NCBI GenBank assembly: GCA_964566925.1
Contig: CAZMIZ010000002.1
Coordinates: 72,647-136,646, forward strand
Origin: an uncultured Gammaproteobacteria bacterium
Lineage (GTDB): Bacteria > Patescibacteriota > Microgenomatia > PFEM01 > DATLAM01
DNA length: 64,000 nucleotides
Direction: 5' to 3'
Shown here piece after piece: positions 45,668-55,061 of this stretch. A model generated the notes under the pieces. The model had not been told where the DNA came from. It saw only the letters and a list, made by a program, of their open reading frames with translations, and made no database searches. Made by a program: the position numbers and the translations under genes. The first letter of the stretch is position 1, and the number at the start of each line of letters is the position of its first letter.

Positions 45668-45803
45668 TAAACTATTCTTGGAGAGTAGTTTTTTTAACCG
45701 AACCCTCTATATCTACAGCTCAACACTCAAAGTGTATCAGCTAAAAGCTCAATAAAGCAAATGAAACAGCATAAAAAAGGAAATGTGAAATAGCTTGATA
45801 TAT

Positions 45804-46340
45804 TTAAAATCCGAATCCTAAAGTTATACTGCCTCCAGCTTTAGTACCTCTGAAATCAATATTCGCCATGATTCCTTCCCGCTTCATGTCTATATATCGA
45901 AATTCAGCAATATTGGGCGTTGGGTTAACGATTGGTTGATCTGCTAAAATTTGCGTTAAAGCAATCATAAAATCCATCCATTCACTGTCACTTTTACAAA
46001 ACTTACTGGGCAAATCGTACTTTTCTAAAAGTTTTATTAGTTCTTCTCTGAATTCGGGCAACAGAAGAAAATCAATATTTCCACCTTTGGGGTATATATC
46101 TATTGATTTTTCAATCTTGGTCATAATTGTTTTCATTGCAGGAGTAATATGGTCTTTTCTAGTATGAACGGCCCAATCAGCGTGGAAGCGAACTAAAAAA
46201 TAAGTAACTGACTTGTTTTGCTCTTTTTCTCTATCGAGAAGTTTTCTTAACTCAACTAACAAATAGACCACCTCGCATTCTTCTTTCATTGGATGTTCGG
46301 TAAGAAATTTTTTTAACTTTTCAATTATTTGTACTTTCAT
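45804..46340 (-). CDS. Hypothetical alpha-helical protein (possible HEPN-like)
   Basis: YLLVELRKLLD and RFHADWAVH; last gene of the Shedu operon. Confidence 0.6.
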   Translation of the reverse strand: MKVQIIEKLKKFLTEHPMKEECEVVYLLVELRKLLDREKEQNKSVTYFLVRFHADWAVHTRKDHITPAMKTIMTKIEKSIDIYPKGGNIDFLLLPEFREELIKLLEKYDLPSKFCKSDSEWMDFMIALTQILADQPIVNPTPNIAEFRYIDMKREGIMANIDFRGTKAGGSITLGFGF

Positions 46341-46352
46341 GATTAAGACTTT

Positions 46353-47135
46353 TTATCGCTTCAGATATCTATTAAACCAATTCTCGATTAGAAGATAAAC
46401 GCCTCGTCTTTTAGGTTTGAGATCATGCCCAGCTCCTTTTTCAATATCTGTTTCTTTACCTCCTTTTTTGGCATAGTAAAAGGACCACATTTCTGATATA
46501 GGAACCTTATCGTCTTTCTCGCCGTGAATAAACAATATTGGGCAAGAGATTTTCTTCATAGATGCCAATAAATCATATTGCTCTAAATCTTGCCAGAAAA
46601 TTGGCTTTACTCTGGTAATATTTCCACCTGATCGTTTTCGTGACGATATACCATTGGGGTTGAAATCCTCCTTAAATAGTTCTTTCATCAGTTCATGGGG
46701 ATGTGCGATTGAACCCATTAAAATAATGGCGTTAACATTTGGTTCTAGAGCAACGGTGACAGAAGTTCCAAAAGATTGGGCCAGTATGCCTATTTTATTT
46801 TTGTCGACTTTAGGATGCTTTCTAACAAAATCTAACATGATTCCGAGGTCTGACACGAGCTTTGATAATGAAGTTTCGCTGTAATCACCTTCACTATCTC
46901 CACATCCAGAAAAGTCAAATTTGAATACAAGAAACCCGGCAGATGATAGTTTGAGGGCAATATCAGTAAACATCCCCCCTTCGGTTCTCTCAACGCCAAA
47001 ACCGTGCACCAAAAGAACAGCTGGGTTTTTTTCTTGAGATCTCTCAGGAAAAGTTATATCACCATGTAAATATTCTCCTTTTTTGTTGTTTAATCCTACC
47101 AATTCTTCTTTTATTTCCAGTCTTTGATTATTCAT
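46353..47135 (-). CDS. Alpha/beta hydrolase
   Basis: VHGFG, FDFSGCGDSEG, AQSFG nucleophile elbow, IHGEKDDKV and GAGH motifs. Confidence 0.9.
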   Translation of the reverse strand: MNNQRLEIKEELVGLNNKKGEYLHGDITFPERSQEKNPAVLLVHGFGVERTEGGMFTDIALKLSSAGFLVFKFDFSGCGDSEGDYSETSLSKLVSDLGIMLDFVRKHPKVDKNKIGILAQSFGTSVTVALEPNVNAIILMGSIAHPHELMKELFKEDFNPNGISSRKRSGGNITRVKPIFWQDLEQYDLLASMKKISCPILFIHGEKDDKVPISEMWSFYYAKKGGKETDIEKGAGHDLKPKRRGVYLLIENWFNRYLKR

Positions 47136-47137
47136 AT

Positions 47138-47452
47138 TTATTTTCGAAATTGGCTCGGCCACTGCCGATTCTGAAAAGCCCGGATGCGGTGTGTTAATCT
47201 CTCTCTTTCCTTTTTGAGATATTCAACTTGATTAGAAGTAAAACGTCCTGGGAATTTTTCACTATACGCAAGTTCCAGGTCTATTAAAATTCTACTCTCT
47301 CTATCAAAAGCCAAAGCCATCTTAAAAATGTCTGTTGGTTTAATTGGCTCTCCCGGGATCAACTCCTTGGCGTTAAACTTTTCTGACCGCTGATGAGCAA
47401 CCCGGAAATCTTTTAATATATTTTTGATTTTCTGATCAATTTTGTCGTTCAC
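47138..47452 (-). CDS. Hypothetical protein
   Basis: GTG start overlapping the Shedu stop; 2 nt from the hydrolase start. Confidence 0.55.
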   Translation of the reverse strand: MNDKIDQKIKNILKDFRVAHQRSEKFNAKELIPGEPIKPTDIFKMALAFDRESRILIDLELAYSEKFPGRFTSNQVEYLKKERERLTHRIRAFQNRQWPSQFRK

Positions 47453-48830
47453 TTTCTGGTTTAGGAATGATGTTTTTAATATATTCATCGGCAATATTAA
47501 TTATCTCGTCAAATGTCAAAATCTCAATGCTGTGTAAACTGTTTCTTAGCTTAGTAAAGTCTCTTTTAAGTTTTTCATTTTCTCCTATATGTGTTGTAAG
47601 CCTTCTTTCGGACGAAATTACAATAATTCCCCTTGGGTGATAGAGATTTTCTTCGTCTACGAAATTCGTGATTTTTTGCTGATCTTCTGGATTTTTAAAG
47701 CGTTCTTGTACAATTGCATCCATGTAATTTGTTGTCTGAACGATTGCCTTGCTCATCTCTGGCGAAAAATAGAAGTTCTGATGGCTGTTATCCCACATTA
47801 ACGCATTTTTAAGGTGTGTTTTAATTTCAATAACATCTAGGCCATTATAATGATTTATACCAATAAAGTCTGGATATTTCTTATCGCCTACCACGTCTTT
47901 TAATTCAACTTTGGGGAAGATTTTTTTATAAGTAAATATTAAATAAAGAAGATACTTTTCAAAATATTTTTGCCATACACTTTCTAATTGCCCGGCAGAT
48001 TCTATTTCCAAAGCCTGCGTTACTTGACGCCCAGATTTTGTTGATAAATTTGTGCTACCCAAAGACAATATTTTTCGCCCCAACGCGATAATATCTCGCA
48101 GCCTTTCTTTTATAAAATAATCATTGAGCACCTGTAAAAAACTATCTGATAAAACTTCATTTTTTAGAAGCAAGCGTAATAGATCTTCTACAGATGTCAG
48201 ATCGTCCCGATCAAGATATTTGGTAAAATCGCTCTTTGCTTTTTTTGTTTTAAGATAAAGACGGTCTACTAGGAATTTAAACTCGCCGGCCTCAATGTAT
48301 GTTGTTCTTCTTCTGACGTTTTTGTTATATTTACGAGATTTAATATTTGAAAGATAATTCTCTGTAGAGTTTCTATAAGATAATCCTTTTTCAAAAACGT
48401 TTTTAGCATCAGTCATGATGTCTGAAAATAAATTTAAGGGAATTATCAAGGTATCTTTATAAAATCTCATTGCTTTTGAGTTTTTGCTCAGTTTGGTTCT
48501 CTTAACACCTTTGTTTAACGGATTGACTATTTTTTTAAACTGCCTTTCATTTACCAACTTATAACTTCCTGTACGTCGGAACTGTAGAAATTTTCTAATA
48601 TCAAAGTCTTTTGGAAAAACTATCTCGGAAAATCTTTCTCTCTGGCCATATTCTCTTTTCTCAGGATTGTAATACCAAAAACTAAGGTGGAATTCGCCGC
48701 GCTTGATGCTTAGGATTTCTCCCTTAGGGCACTTAAGTTGTTGTCTCCCTTCATTTAAAACTAAATCTGGCCAGCGTGCACCAATTAAAGTATCTGAAAT
48801 ATATTTTGCTAATGTTTTCCTTCTTGGCAT
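47436..48830 (-). CDS. sduA: Shedu (SduA, DUF4263) anti-phage nuclease
   Basis: E..WQ.YFE, YPDF, VIEIK, SKAIVQ..NY and IEILTFDE motifs in the C-terminal domain. Confidence 0.82.
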   Translation of the reverse strand: MPRRKTLAKYISDTLIGARWPDLVLNEGRQQLKCPKGEILSIKRGEFHLSFWYYNPEKREYGQRERFSEIVFPKDFDIRKFLQFRRTGSYKLVNERQFKKIVNPLNKGVKRTKLSKNSKAMRFYKDTLIIPLNLFSDIMTDAKNVFEKGLSYRNSTENYLSNIKSRKYNKNVRRRTTYIEAGEFKFLVDRLYLKTKKAKSDFTKYLDRDDLTSVEDLLRLLLKNEVLSDSFLQVLNDYFIKERLRDIIALGRKILSLGSTNLSTKSGRQVTQALEIESAGQLESVWQKYFEKYLLYLIFTYKKIFPKVELKDVVGDKKYPDFIGINHYNGLDVIEIKTHLKNALMWDNSHQNFYFSPEMSKAIVQTTNYMDAIVQERFKNPEDQQKITNFVDEENLYHPRGIIVISSERRLTTHIGENEKLKRDFTKLRNSLHSIEILTFDEIINIADEYIKNIIPKPESERQN

Positions 48831-48976
48831 ATTTTTAATAAGACCACGGGTTGTAAATTGGCTCTAATTGTATTATATCTGTCTTGTGGTTACTTATCAT
48901 TTTATTATCTTCATTAAGTCTTTAAATTCTTGAGTAGCTTTATCGGACAAGGTCATGTTTGTTTTTCTTCTTGCAA

Positions 48977-49909
48977 TCAAATATTCTTTGGATAACTTTG
49001 GGAGAATTTGGATAAAAGTCTGCTGATTAAGTCATTCTTCAAATCATTTTCTCGATAGTATTTATCCGCCTCGACCATTTGTTCATAAGCTGAATCCTTG
49101 TATTCCAGCATTTCATTCTCCGGATCATCAAGAATGTTTTTGTGCCAGTTGGTAACCACCTCATTAAAATCAATCTCCGAGCCTCTCTCGCCAATAGCGT
49201 CAAGTTGCTGGCCAACAGCTTCGTCGTAAGCTCCGGAGGCATAGTTCTCCGGATCGGTGATAATCTCGTAGAAGTCGATTATATTATTAGAGTAGAGGAT
49301 AACATAATCTCTTAATCCTTCATCTATTATCTTGTCTTGATAGAGACCCTCTGCCTGGGCGATGATGCTTGGGGCAACGTCATAAGCGTCGGTCATGTCT
49401 TGGAAGCGCTCCTCATCGCTTTTCTCCTCGCCCAAGCCGGCAAACTTGGCATTGGCGGTATCAAGCTGCTGGACCAAGCGAAAACCCTGATGCTCCTTTT
49501 TCTTTAATTCAATGAAAACTGCCAGCGATTTTTGATAGTTCTCAAAAGCAGGTTTTTTCAATTCCTGATATTTTTTGTATCTGGCCGGCAAAAAGGGGAT
49601 CTTATCCTGCCGGTTAACGAAAACCTGATAAGAATCAACTAATTTTTGGGCAAACTTCAAACCTTCCTCAATATCTTCCGGGATTTTATTCATCTTCTCC
49701 TGGTCAGAGATGAAAGCGCTTTCCTCTCCGGTCCTGATGGCAATCAAGTAGTCAATTTGATCCCGGACTTCTTCGGTGAGCAGATAGTGGGCCCTTGCCC
49801 GCCACTCAAACTCGTTGTAAACAAAAGCAGGGATGTTTTGATTGAAGATAACTACTAAAGCAACGACTAAAACCGCCAGACCCAGAAGAATCTTCTTTAG
49901 AATTTTCAC
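48977..49909 (-). CDS. Membrane-anchored helical hypothetical protein
   Basis: N-terminal TM; GTG start overlaps the upstream TGA. Confidence 0.65.
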   Translation of the reverse strand: MKILKKILLGLAVLVVALVVIFNQNIPAFVYNEFEWRARAHYLLTEEVRDQIDYLIAIRTGEESAFISDQEKMNKIPEDIEEGLKFAQKLVDSYQVFVNRQDKIPFLPARYKKYQELKKPAFENYQKSLAVFIELKKKEHQGFRLVQQLDTANAKFAGLGEEKSDEERFQDMTDAYDVAPSIIAQAEGLYQDKIIDEGLRDYVILYSNNIIDFYEIITDPENYASGAYDEAVGQQLDAIGERGSEIDFNEVVTNWHKNILDDPENEMLEYKDSAYEQMVEADKYYRENDLKNDLISRLLSKFSQSYPKNI

Positions 49910-50652
49910 CTTTCTTCTTTGCTAATCAATCTTCTATAAGCACAATATTCACAGTTCTCACTGGCAGAGGGGATTTTGTCGGAATCCAGACATTTCTTCA
50001 TGGCAAAAATAGCTGGCTCTACCCAGGAATCATCACCATTGTGAGCAATAATTTGCAACTCAAACTCTAACCGGGCGTCAAACTTGGGTCTATTTTTACC
50101 GGCATTGGCAAAAATAAAATAGCCGGTGTTGGAGACTTTAAAACCGCTCTGCTTGAAAATCCATTGATAAACCTCCATCTGTTTTTTATAGTTTTGTTTG
50201 TATTCATCCTCAAGCGAAATCTCCTGGGAAGTGCTAGTGGCTTTGTAGTCAACAATCAACAACTCTTCTTTTTTGTTTATCCAGAGATCATCCACGGCTC
50301 CAAAGACTAAAAAATTAGTCCCTTCATGAAGATACTGCTTGCCAACAAAATTATTCCGCCACTCCTCAATATCCGGATGAGAAAAGGGCACGGCGTCAAT
50401 CTGGTACTGCTTCATTAATTGATGCTGTTCACCATTTTTACGAAGAAGATCAAACTCGTTTTTCAAAAGCTGGTCCACGGCTGAGTTTAAAGCCCATCCT
50501 GGCATGCTGGGACGGCCCAAGCCTAAACGGCGGTCAAGATAAAAACAACGCGGACATTCCAAGAATAAATCAATCTTGCTCCGACTGATTTTAAAAGGCA
50601 CCTTCTGTCCAGGTTGATAAAGACCTCTCTGGCGTTTTTGGTATTTGTTCAT
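49906..50652 (-). CDS. PD-(D/E)xK nuclease, Cas4/AddB-like with Fe-S-type cysteines
   Basis: SRSK...F.ECPRCFY, GAVDD, VDYK, Q...Y and CEYC.Y motifs. Confidence 0.85.
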   Translation of the reverse strand: MNKYQKRQRGLYQPGQKVPFKISRSKIDLFLECPRCFYLDRRLGLGRPSMPGWALNSAVDQLLKNEFDLLRKNGEQHQLMKQYQIDAVPFSHPDIEEWRNNFVGKQYLHEGTNFLVFGAVDDLWINKKEELLIVDYKATSTSQEISLEDEYKQNYKKQMEVYQWIFKQSGFKVSNTGYFIFANAGKNRPKFDARLEFELQIIAHNGDDSWVEPAIFAMKKCLDSDKIPSASENCEYCAYRRLISKEER

Positions 50653-50673
50653 ATTAAGATACAAAGTTTACTT

Positions 50674-53600
50674 TTACTGTCTCAACCATTCTTGTTTATC
50701 GTCTAAGAAATTAGGATTACGTTCAATAAGTTTATTAAAAATTCTTGCCACTTGTTTGTTGCTCTTAGGTAGCTTTTTGAGGGGACCTATCGCGTCTGCG
50801 AGATCATTTGCTATTAAAACTTCTATTGGATAATCAGCTAAAAACTCAAACCATTTTAAATATTCCGTGGTTCCTTTGTGCTTAGCAACCGCAAGTAAAA
50901 TCTTTCCGTTATAGAAAAACGGCCACCAGTAAACGTTGGGAACATTTTCTTTGTCTTTTGCCGCTTCAATTAAAAACGGCTTTTCAACTTCAAGGCATTT
51001 CGTCCAAAGTTTAAAACAATCTTCAAAATAAGAATCGATGTAATCTTCAATAAATCTGTAAATATTCTCAAAAACCCGGTGCTCGTATTTATTTATTAAA
51101 ATTTTAAAGTAAGAAACCGCTAAGGCAACCGCTTCATCAACTGTCATCTGACTTTTTTCTTTAGGAGTCTTGCTTATTTCGTCCGTTAACCTATTGAATT
51201 GCCAAGACAAATCTGACTTGACTTCAGACGAACCATTTTTCAGCAAATCCACCAAGAGGGCTTTGAATGGTTTACTATCAAACTTTGTGATATCACCCCA
51301 AGGCCAGTTTTTAAAAGACTTACTCCTAAATTCGGCAAAAAATATGTATAAAGGCGATGCTTCCTGCATCACTTCATCAAAGCCAGTGTTTTTGAAAGTT
51401 TTAAGGACAAGCATTGCCCGTTTTTCATCCAGATTTCTCATGTATGTAAAAACCGTCGCCAAGTGCTTCATTACTACCTTAAGTTTGTGATTTTCTTTAT
51501 CCTTAAGCATAGCAAAAGCGATGCCTTCAATTTGTTCAGCTACTCTCATTGGCAAAAACCTTTCCTTGCTGTCTTCTGATAAAAACGTATGTCTATTTTT
51601 TACGAGTTCTATAAGAGGAATGCATGCCTGCACGCGTACATAGTAATTTGGGTCTTTTGATAGCTGTTTAACTAGAGGTAGTATTTCGGCAATATAATCT
51701 CGGCCATAGCGGATACAGAATTTTTGTAAAACCCAGGCGCAATAACCACGAACCGTGTTAAGTGTCGGATTATCATCACCCTCTATGACTTTTTGATGAA
51801 AATTAAAATCACCTTTTGGATCATCTGGATAGTTTTTTAATATCGGGTCACTGTCGTTGATAAATATCTTGACTAGCCAAAGTGCTTCATCAAAGTAGCG
51901 GAGTTTGGCCAATTTTTCGGCAAATTGTACAAGAGACTCACGAGAGTATCTGTGGCTGAAACGCCGCTCTATCCTTTTGATATCACCTAATCCTTCTAGT
52001 GTTGGTTTCAAGAACTCCTTATATACCTTAAGTAGAATATCCTTTTTCTCATCAGGGATGTTATAAAGCCCGCCACTAATTATTATTTGTTGATTGACAG
52101 TAAGTGTTTTCGCTTTATCTATCACTTTTAGTAATCCAATACCGACCGCAGGCTTTTTTTCAATAACCCTGGCAACTGCCTTGGCCACATCATAAGCGTC
52201 AAAGGAGACCAATTTGTTTTTAAAATAATCTGTTGACAGATAAGACTCCAACAGCCCAACAGCCTTATCAAAATTATTTTCTAAAAGCAGTAAAATCCCA
52301 TCTGTTGGGCCATAAGAACCAATTACATGACGGGTATTATATTTTGGGTTTTGAATCCAACTCATGATTACATCTCCTGCTTTTTTGGCAAGTTTAGACG
52401 AAGGTTTTGAAGCAATATTAAAAACTATTTGTTCTACAAATACATTTGTTGGCAGATTATCGAATTCCTTAAGACTTGCATCCACTAATTTCCATTTCTG
52501 TTCATCTGTAAATTCATCGTTGTTTATTCCTTGGAAAATTAAATCATTTTTCCAGGGGATACCTTTACGCATCTTCACAAAAGTCTTCAAAATTTCGAAA
52601 ATTTCTTCACTGAACTCACCGCCTTTATATTCCTCGAGGAGAATAGGTAGTGTGGCGCGGTTCAAGAAATCAGGGTTTTTTCTACTCACGTCTTTAAGAG
52701 AAAGGCATTTCTTTACAATAAAATCCAGCCCCTTCTCTTTATCTGCCTCGTATAGTTTTTTTAGCGATGGGGTTAATATCTGGGTTACGAAGTAGCGGTC
52801 AGTAATTGAGAATAAACTTCCTGATTGTGAAATTCCGCTACCCATATGCTCCCAACCTTCAAACTTAAGTTTTTTACCGAATTTTCTGTAGAATTTGTCA
52901 TATTGTTCAACGCACCTTTTAGTAAACCAGGGTATTCGTATTTCGGGATTACTTGAAACATACTTTCCTAAGATTTTAAATATGCTGGGTGGGGTGTAAT
53001 GCCAAAATCTACCGTCATCCGCAACCAAATTAAAATTGCTAACGATATAGTCGATAACATCATGTTTAAGTCTTTTATTTTTGCTTTTGTTGTAGAGTTC
53101 CTCCAGTAATTCGGCTGTCTTTTCCCTTTCCCATGTATCATCTCTTCTTCTTTTTACGTAAAGAAATTTGTCAATGGAATGTTTATAGACTTGCTTTATT
53201 ACCTGGAATACTTGCCCTTCGAGCGCCCTGTTTAATTCCAATATTTTCCCACTCAATTTCACTATGTCGTATTTAATAAACTCTTCCCTAAAATAGTTGG
53301 TTGCTTCGCCGATTATACTAAGAATAAAGTTAAGCGCGAATTCTTGATTTTCCTTATTATGGATATTATTTTCAAATATTTTAAAAAGCTCTATGGAGAA
53401 AGCACTTTGGTAGGTAGCCTTCCAAAGATTTAGCCAATCAGATAATTTTAAATTTTTTTCGCCTTCCAATTTTTGTAGAGCGAAGTGGTGAATTGAAGGA
53501 TTTGCATAAAGCTTAACCAGTTCGTTATTAATATTTAGCTTTTTACTCCTTGATTTTATCGATTTGATTATTTTTCTAACTTCTTTCTCTTCGATTTGCT

Positions 53601-54258
53601 TAACTTTCTCGTAGTCATAGCCATCATCTTCTAATATTTGGGCTTTTTTACTTTCAAGTAATTTCAAAAAGTCATCTCTATTGAGAGTTTCACCTTTTTG
53701 AGATCCCTGATAGACCCTGTCTTCGACCAGGCTTTTGGTAATTTCTTGTAACCGATGTTCAGGTACCCAGAAAGCCTCAGGATAACTCAAAACTTTCGCC
53801 ATGAGAATTTCAACCGCTTGGCGGTTTATATCCTGGCTTACTTCCCAAAATCTAAGTTGAGGTAGTAACTTTAGGTGTTTATCTTCAAATTTATGTTTTT
53901 TACTTTTAAGTTTCTTTTTAATATCTTTTTCAAAATATTTGAAATTTTCAATCAATCCTTTTGCCTCTTTGTTTACCTTTTTACAGACTATTAGAATTTC
54001 ATCTTGATCTGCCACTTGGGCGTGTTTAATCACTTTATCAAGAATCTTTCTTATATCTGCTAGGTTTATATTTCCCGCTTTTGACTCGCAGATTATTTTT
54101 CTTCCGTCTTCAAAAACAAGGTGAAAATCCTCAAGCTTTTTGCCCTCAAAACCTATATACCTGAAATCTTTACGAGTAACGTACTGTAGAAACAATGACA
54201 TAGCCGCCCAATTTTGAGCATTTATACCTTTTTGTAGCCGTTGTCCTTGAGTTGTCAT
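50674..54258 (-). CDS. 1194-aa protein: N-terminal restriction-endonuclease-like domain plus long helical/HEAT region
   Basis: G...Q...A, E....ED and ICESK nuclease-like signature; HEAT-like L..DPNYYVR..A; no Walker A seen. Confidence 0.65.
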   Translation of the reverse strand: MTTQGQRLQKGINAQNWAAMSLFLQYVTRKDFRYIGFEGKKLEDFHLVFEDGRKIICESKAGNINLADIRKILDKVIKHAQVADQDEILIVCKKVNKEAKGLIENFKYFEKDIKKKLKSKKHKFEDKHLKLLPQLRFWEVSQDINRQAVEILMAKVLSYPEAFWVPEHRLQEITKSLVEDRVYQGSQKGETLNRDDFLKLLESKKAQILEDDGYDYEKVKQIEEKEVRKIIKSIKSRSKKLNINNELVKLYANPSIHHFALQKLEGEKNLKLSDWLNLWKATYQSAFSIELFKIFENNIHNKENQEFALNFILSIIGEATNYFREEFIKYDIVKLSGKILELNRALEGQVFQVIKQVYKHSIDKFLYVKRRRDDTWEREKTAELLEELYNKSKNKRLKHDVIDYIVSNFNLVADDGRFWHYTPPSIFKILGKYVSSNPEIRIPWFTKRCVEQYDKFYRKFGKKLKFEGWEHMGSGISQSGSLFSITDRYFVTQILTPSLKKLYEADKEKGLDFIVKKCLSLKDVSRKNPDFLNRATLPILLEEYKGGEFSEEIFEILKTFVKMRKGIPWKNDLIFQGINNDEFTDEQKWKLVDASLKEFDNLPTNVFVEQIVFNIASKPSSKLAKKAGDVIMSWIQNPKYNTRHVIGSYGPTDGILLLLENNFDKAVGLLESYLSTDYFKNKLVSFDAYDVAKAVARVIEKKPAVGIGLLKVIDKAKTLTVNQQIIISGGLYNIPDEKKDILLKVYKEFLKPTLEGLGDIKRIERRFSHRYSRESLVQFAEKLAKLRYFDEALWLVKIFINDSDPILKNYPDDPKGDFNFHQKVIEGDDNPTLNTVRGYCAWVLQKFCIRYGRDYIAEILPLVKQLSKDPNYYVRVQACIPLIELVKNRHTFLSEDSKERFLPMRVAEQIEGIAFAMLKDKENHKLKVVMKHLATVFTYMRNLDEKRAMLVLKTFKNTGFDEVMQEASPLYIFFAEFRSKSFKNWPWGDITKFDSKPFKALLVDLLKNGSSEVKSDLSWQFNRLTDEISKTPKEKSQMTVDEAVALAVSYFKILINKYEHRVFENIYRFIEDYIDSYFEDCFKLWTKCLEVEKPFLIEAAKDKENVPNVYWWPFFYNGKILLAVAKHKGTTEYLKWFEFLADYPIEVLIANDLADAIGPLKKLPKSNKQVARIFNKLIERNPNFLDDKQEWLRQ

Positions 54259-55061
54259 AAGTTATGAATATCTTTAAAATTTTTAATAAAATCCTCGACT
54301 AGTGTTTCAAGATCATTGTGTAAACTATTTAGTCTTTCGTTATCGGTCGCACTAACAGATTCTCCGTAAGTCGCTCCTGCGCTAAAAATATTTCTAATAG
54401 CCTCATATAAACGGATAACTTTTCTCAATTTATCAAGTAGGTCGTTGAAGTCTTCACTATCCGCAAGTCTGTTTTCCAGATAACCCCTCAGCTGCAGAAA
54501 ATACATAAAATCGATGGCGTCTGGATTTAACTTGCATTGTTTTATCTTGTCTAACTCGTTCTCTAATTGATAGATGTGACTGGGGGAAAATTTATCTACT
54601 AAAAACAATTTTCTTAAAATGCTACCATCTTCTATTGGATCGCAAGTACCATTTCCTCTAACATAAACCTTCTTATCAGTTATATGCGGTCTATCAAAAT
54701 AAAGGGAAGGGTATATATACAAAAGATAAACATATTTGCTTTTTTGGGGCAACTTAATTTCATTTATATCCCAACTTTTGATAGGGATTGGGGGACCTAT
54801 ACCATTTTTAATTTTTCTGTTTACTTTTGTTTTCAGTTCTGTATCCCTATCTATACCTACTATTTTTATGTCATTATTTATTCCGTGCAAAATAAATCCA
54901 CCATTAGTGTTTGCAAAAGAACAAAATATCCTCCGTATTCTCTCCGTGTCTCCCAAAGAAATTCCTTTGAAGTCGTGATACCAGCCCTCCAAAACATTTG
55001 CACCATTTACAAATGATTTGATTTCACTAAACCCCCACGTTTTAACCTGGTCTATATTCAT
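54255..55061 (-). CDS. Schlafen/AlbA_2 domain protein
   Basis: EG...DFKG, CSFANTNGG.I..GI and YVRG motifs; helical C-terminus. Confidence 0.85.
   Translation of the reverse strand: MNIDQVKTWGFSEIKSFVNGANVLEGWYHDFKGISLGDTERIRRIFCSFANTNGGFILHGINNDIKIVGIDRDTELKTKVNRKIKNGIGPPIPIKSWDINEIKLPQKSKYVYLLYIYPSLYFDRPHITDKKVYVRGNGTCDPIEDGSILRKLFLVDKFSPSHIYQLENELDKIKQCKLNPDAIDFMYFLQLRGYLENRLADSEDFNDLLDKLRKVIRLYEAIRNIFSAGATYGESVSATDNERLNSLHNDLETLVEDFIKNFKDIHNL

Noticed and set aside
49906-50652. Cas4 as evidence of CRISPR-Cas
   Set aside because: No cas1, cas2 or array in the window; solo nucleases of this type are common.
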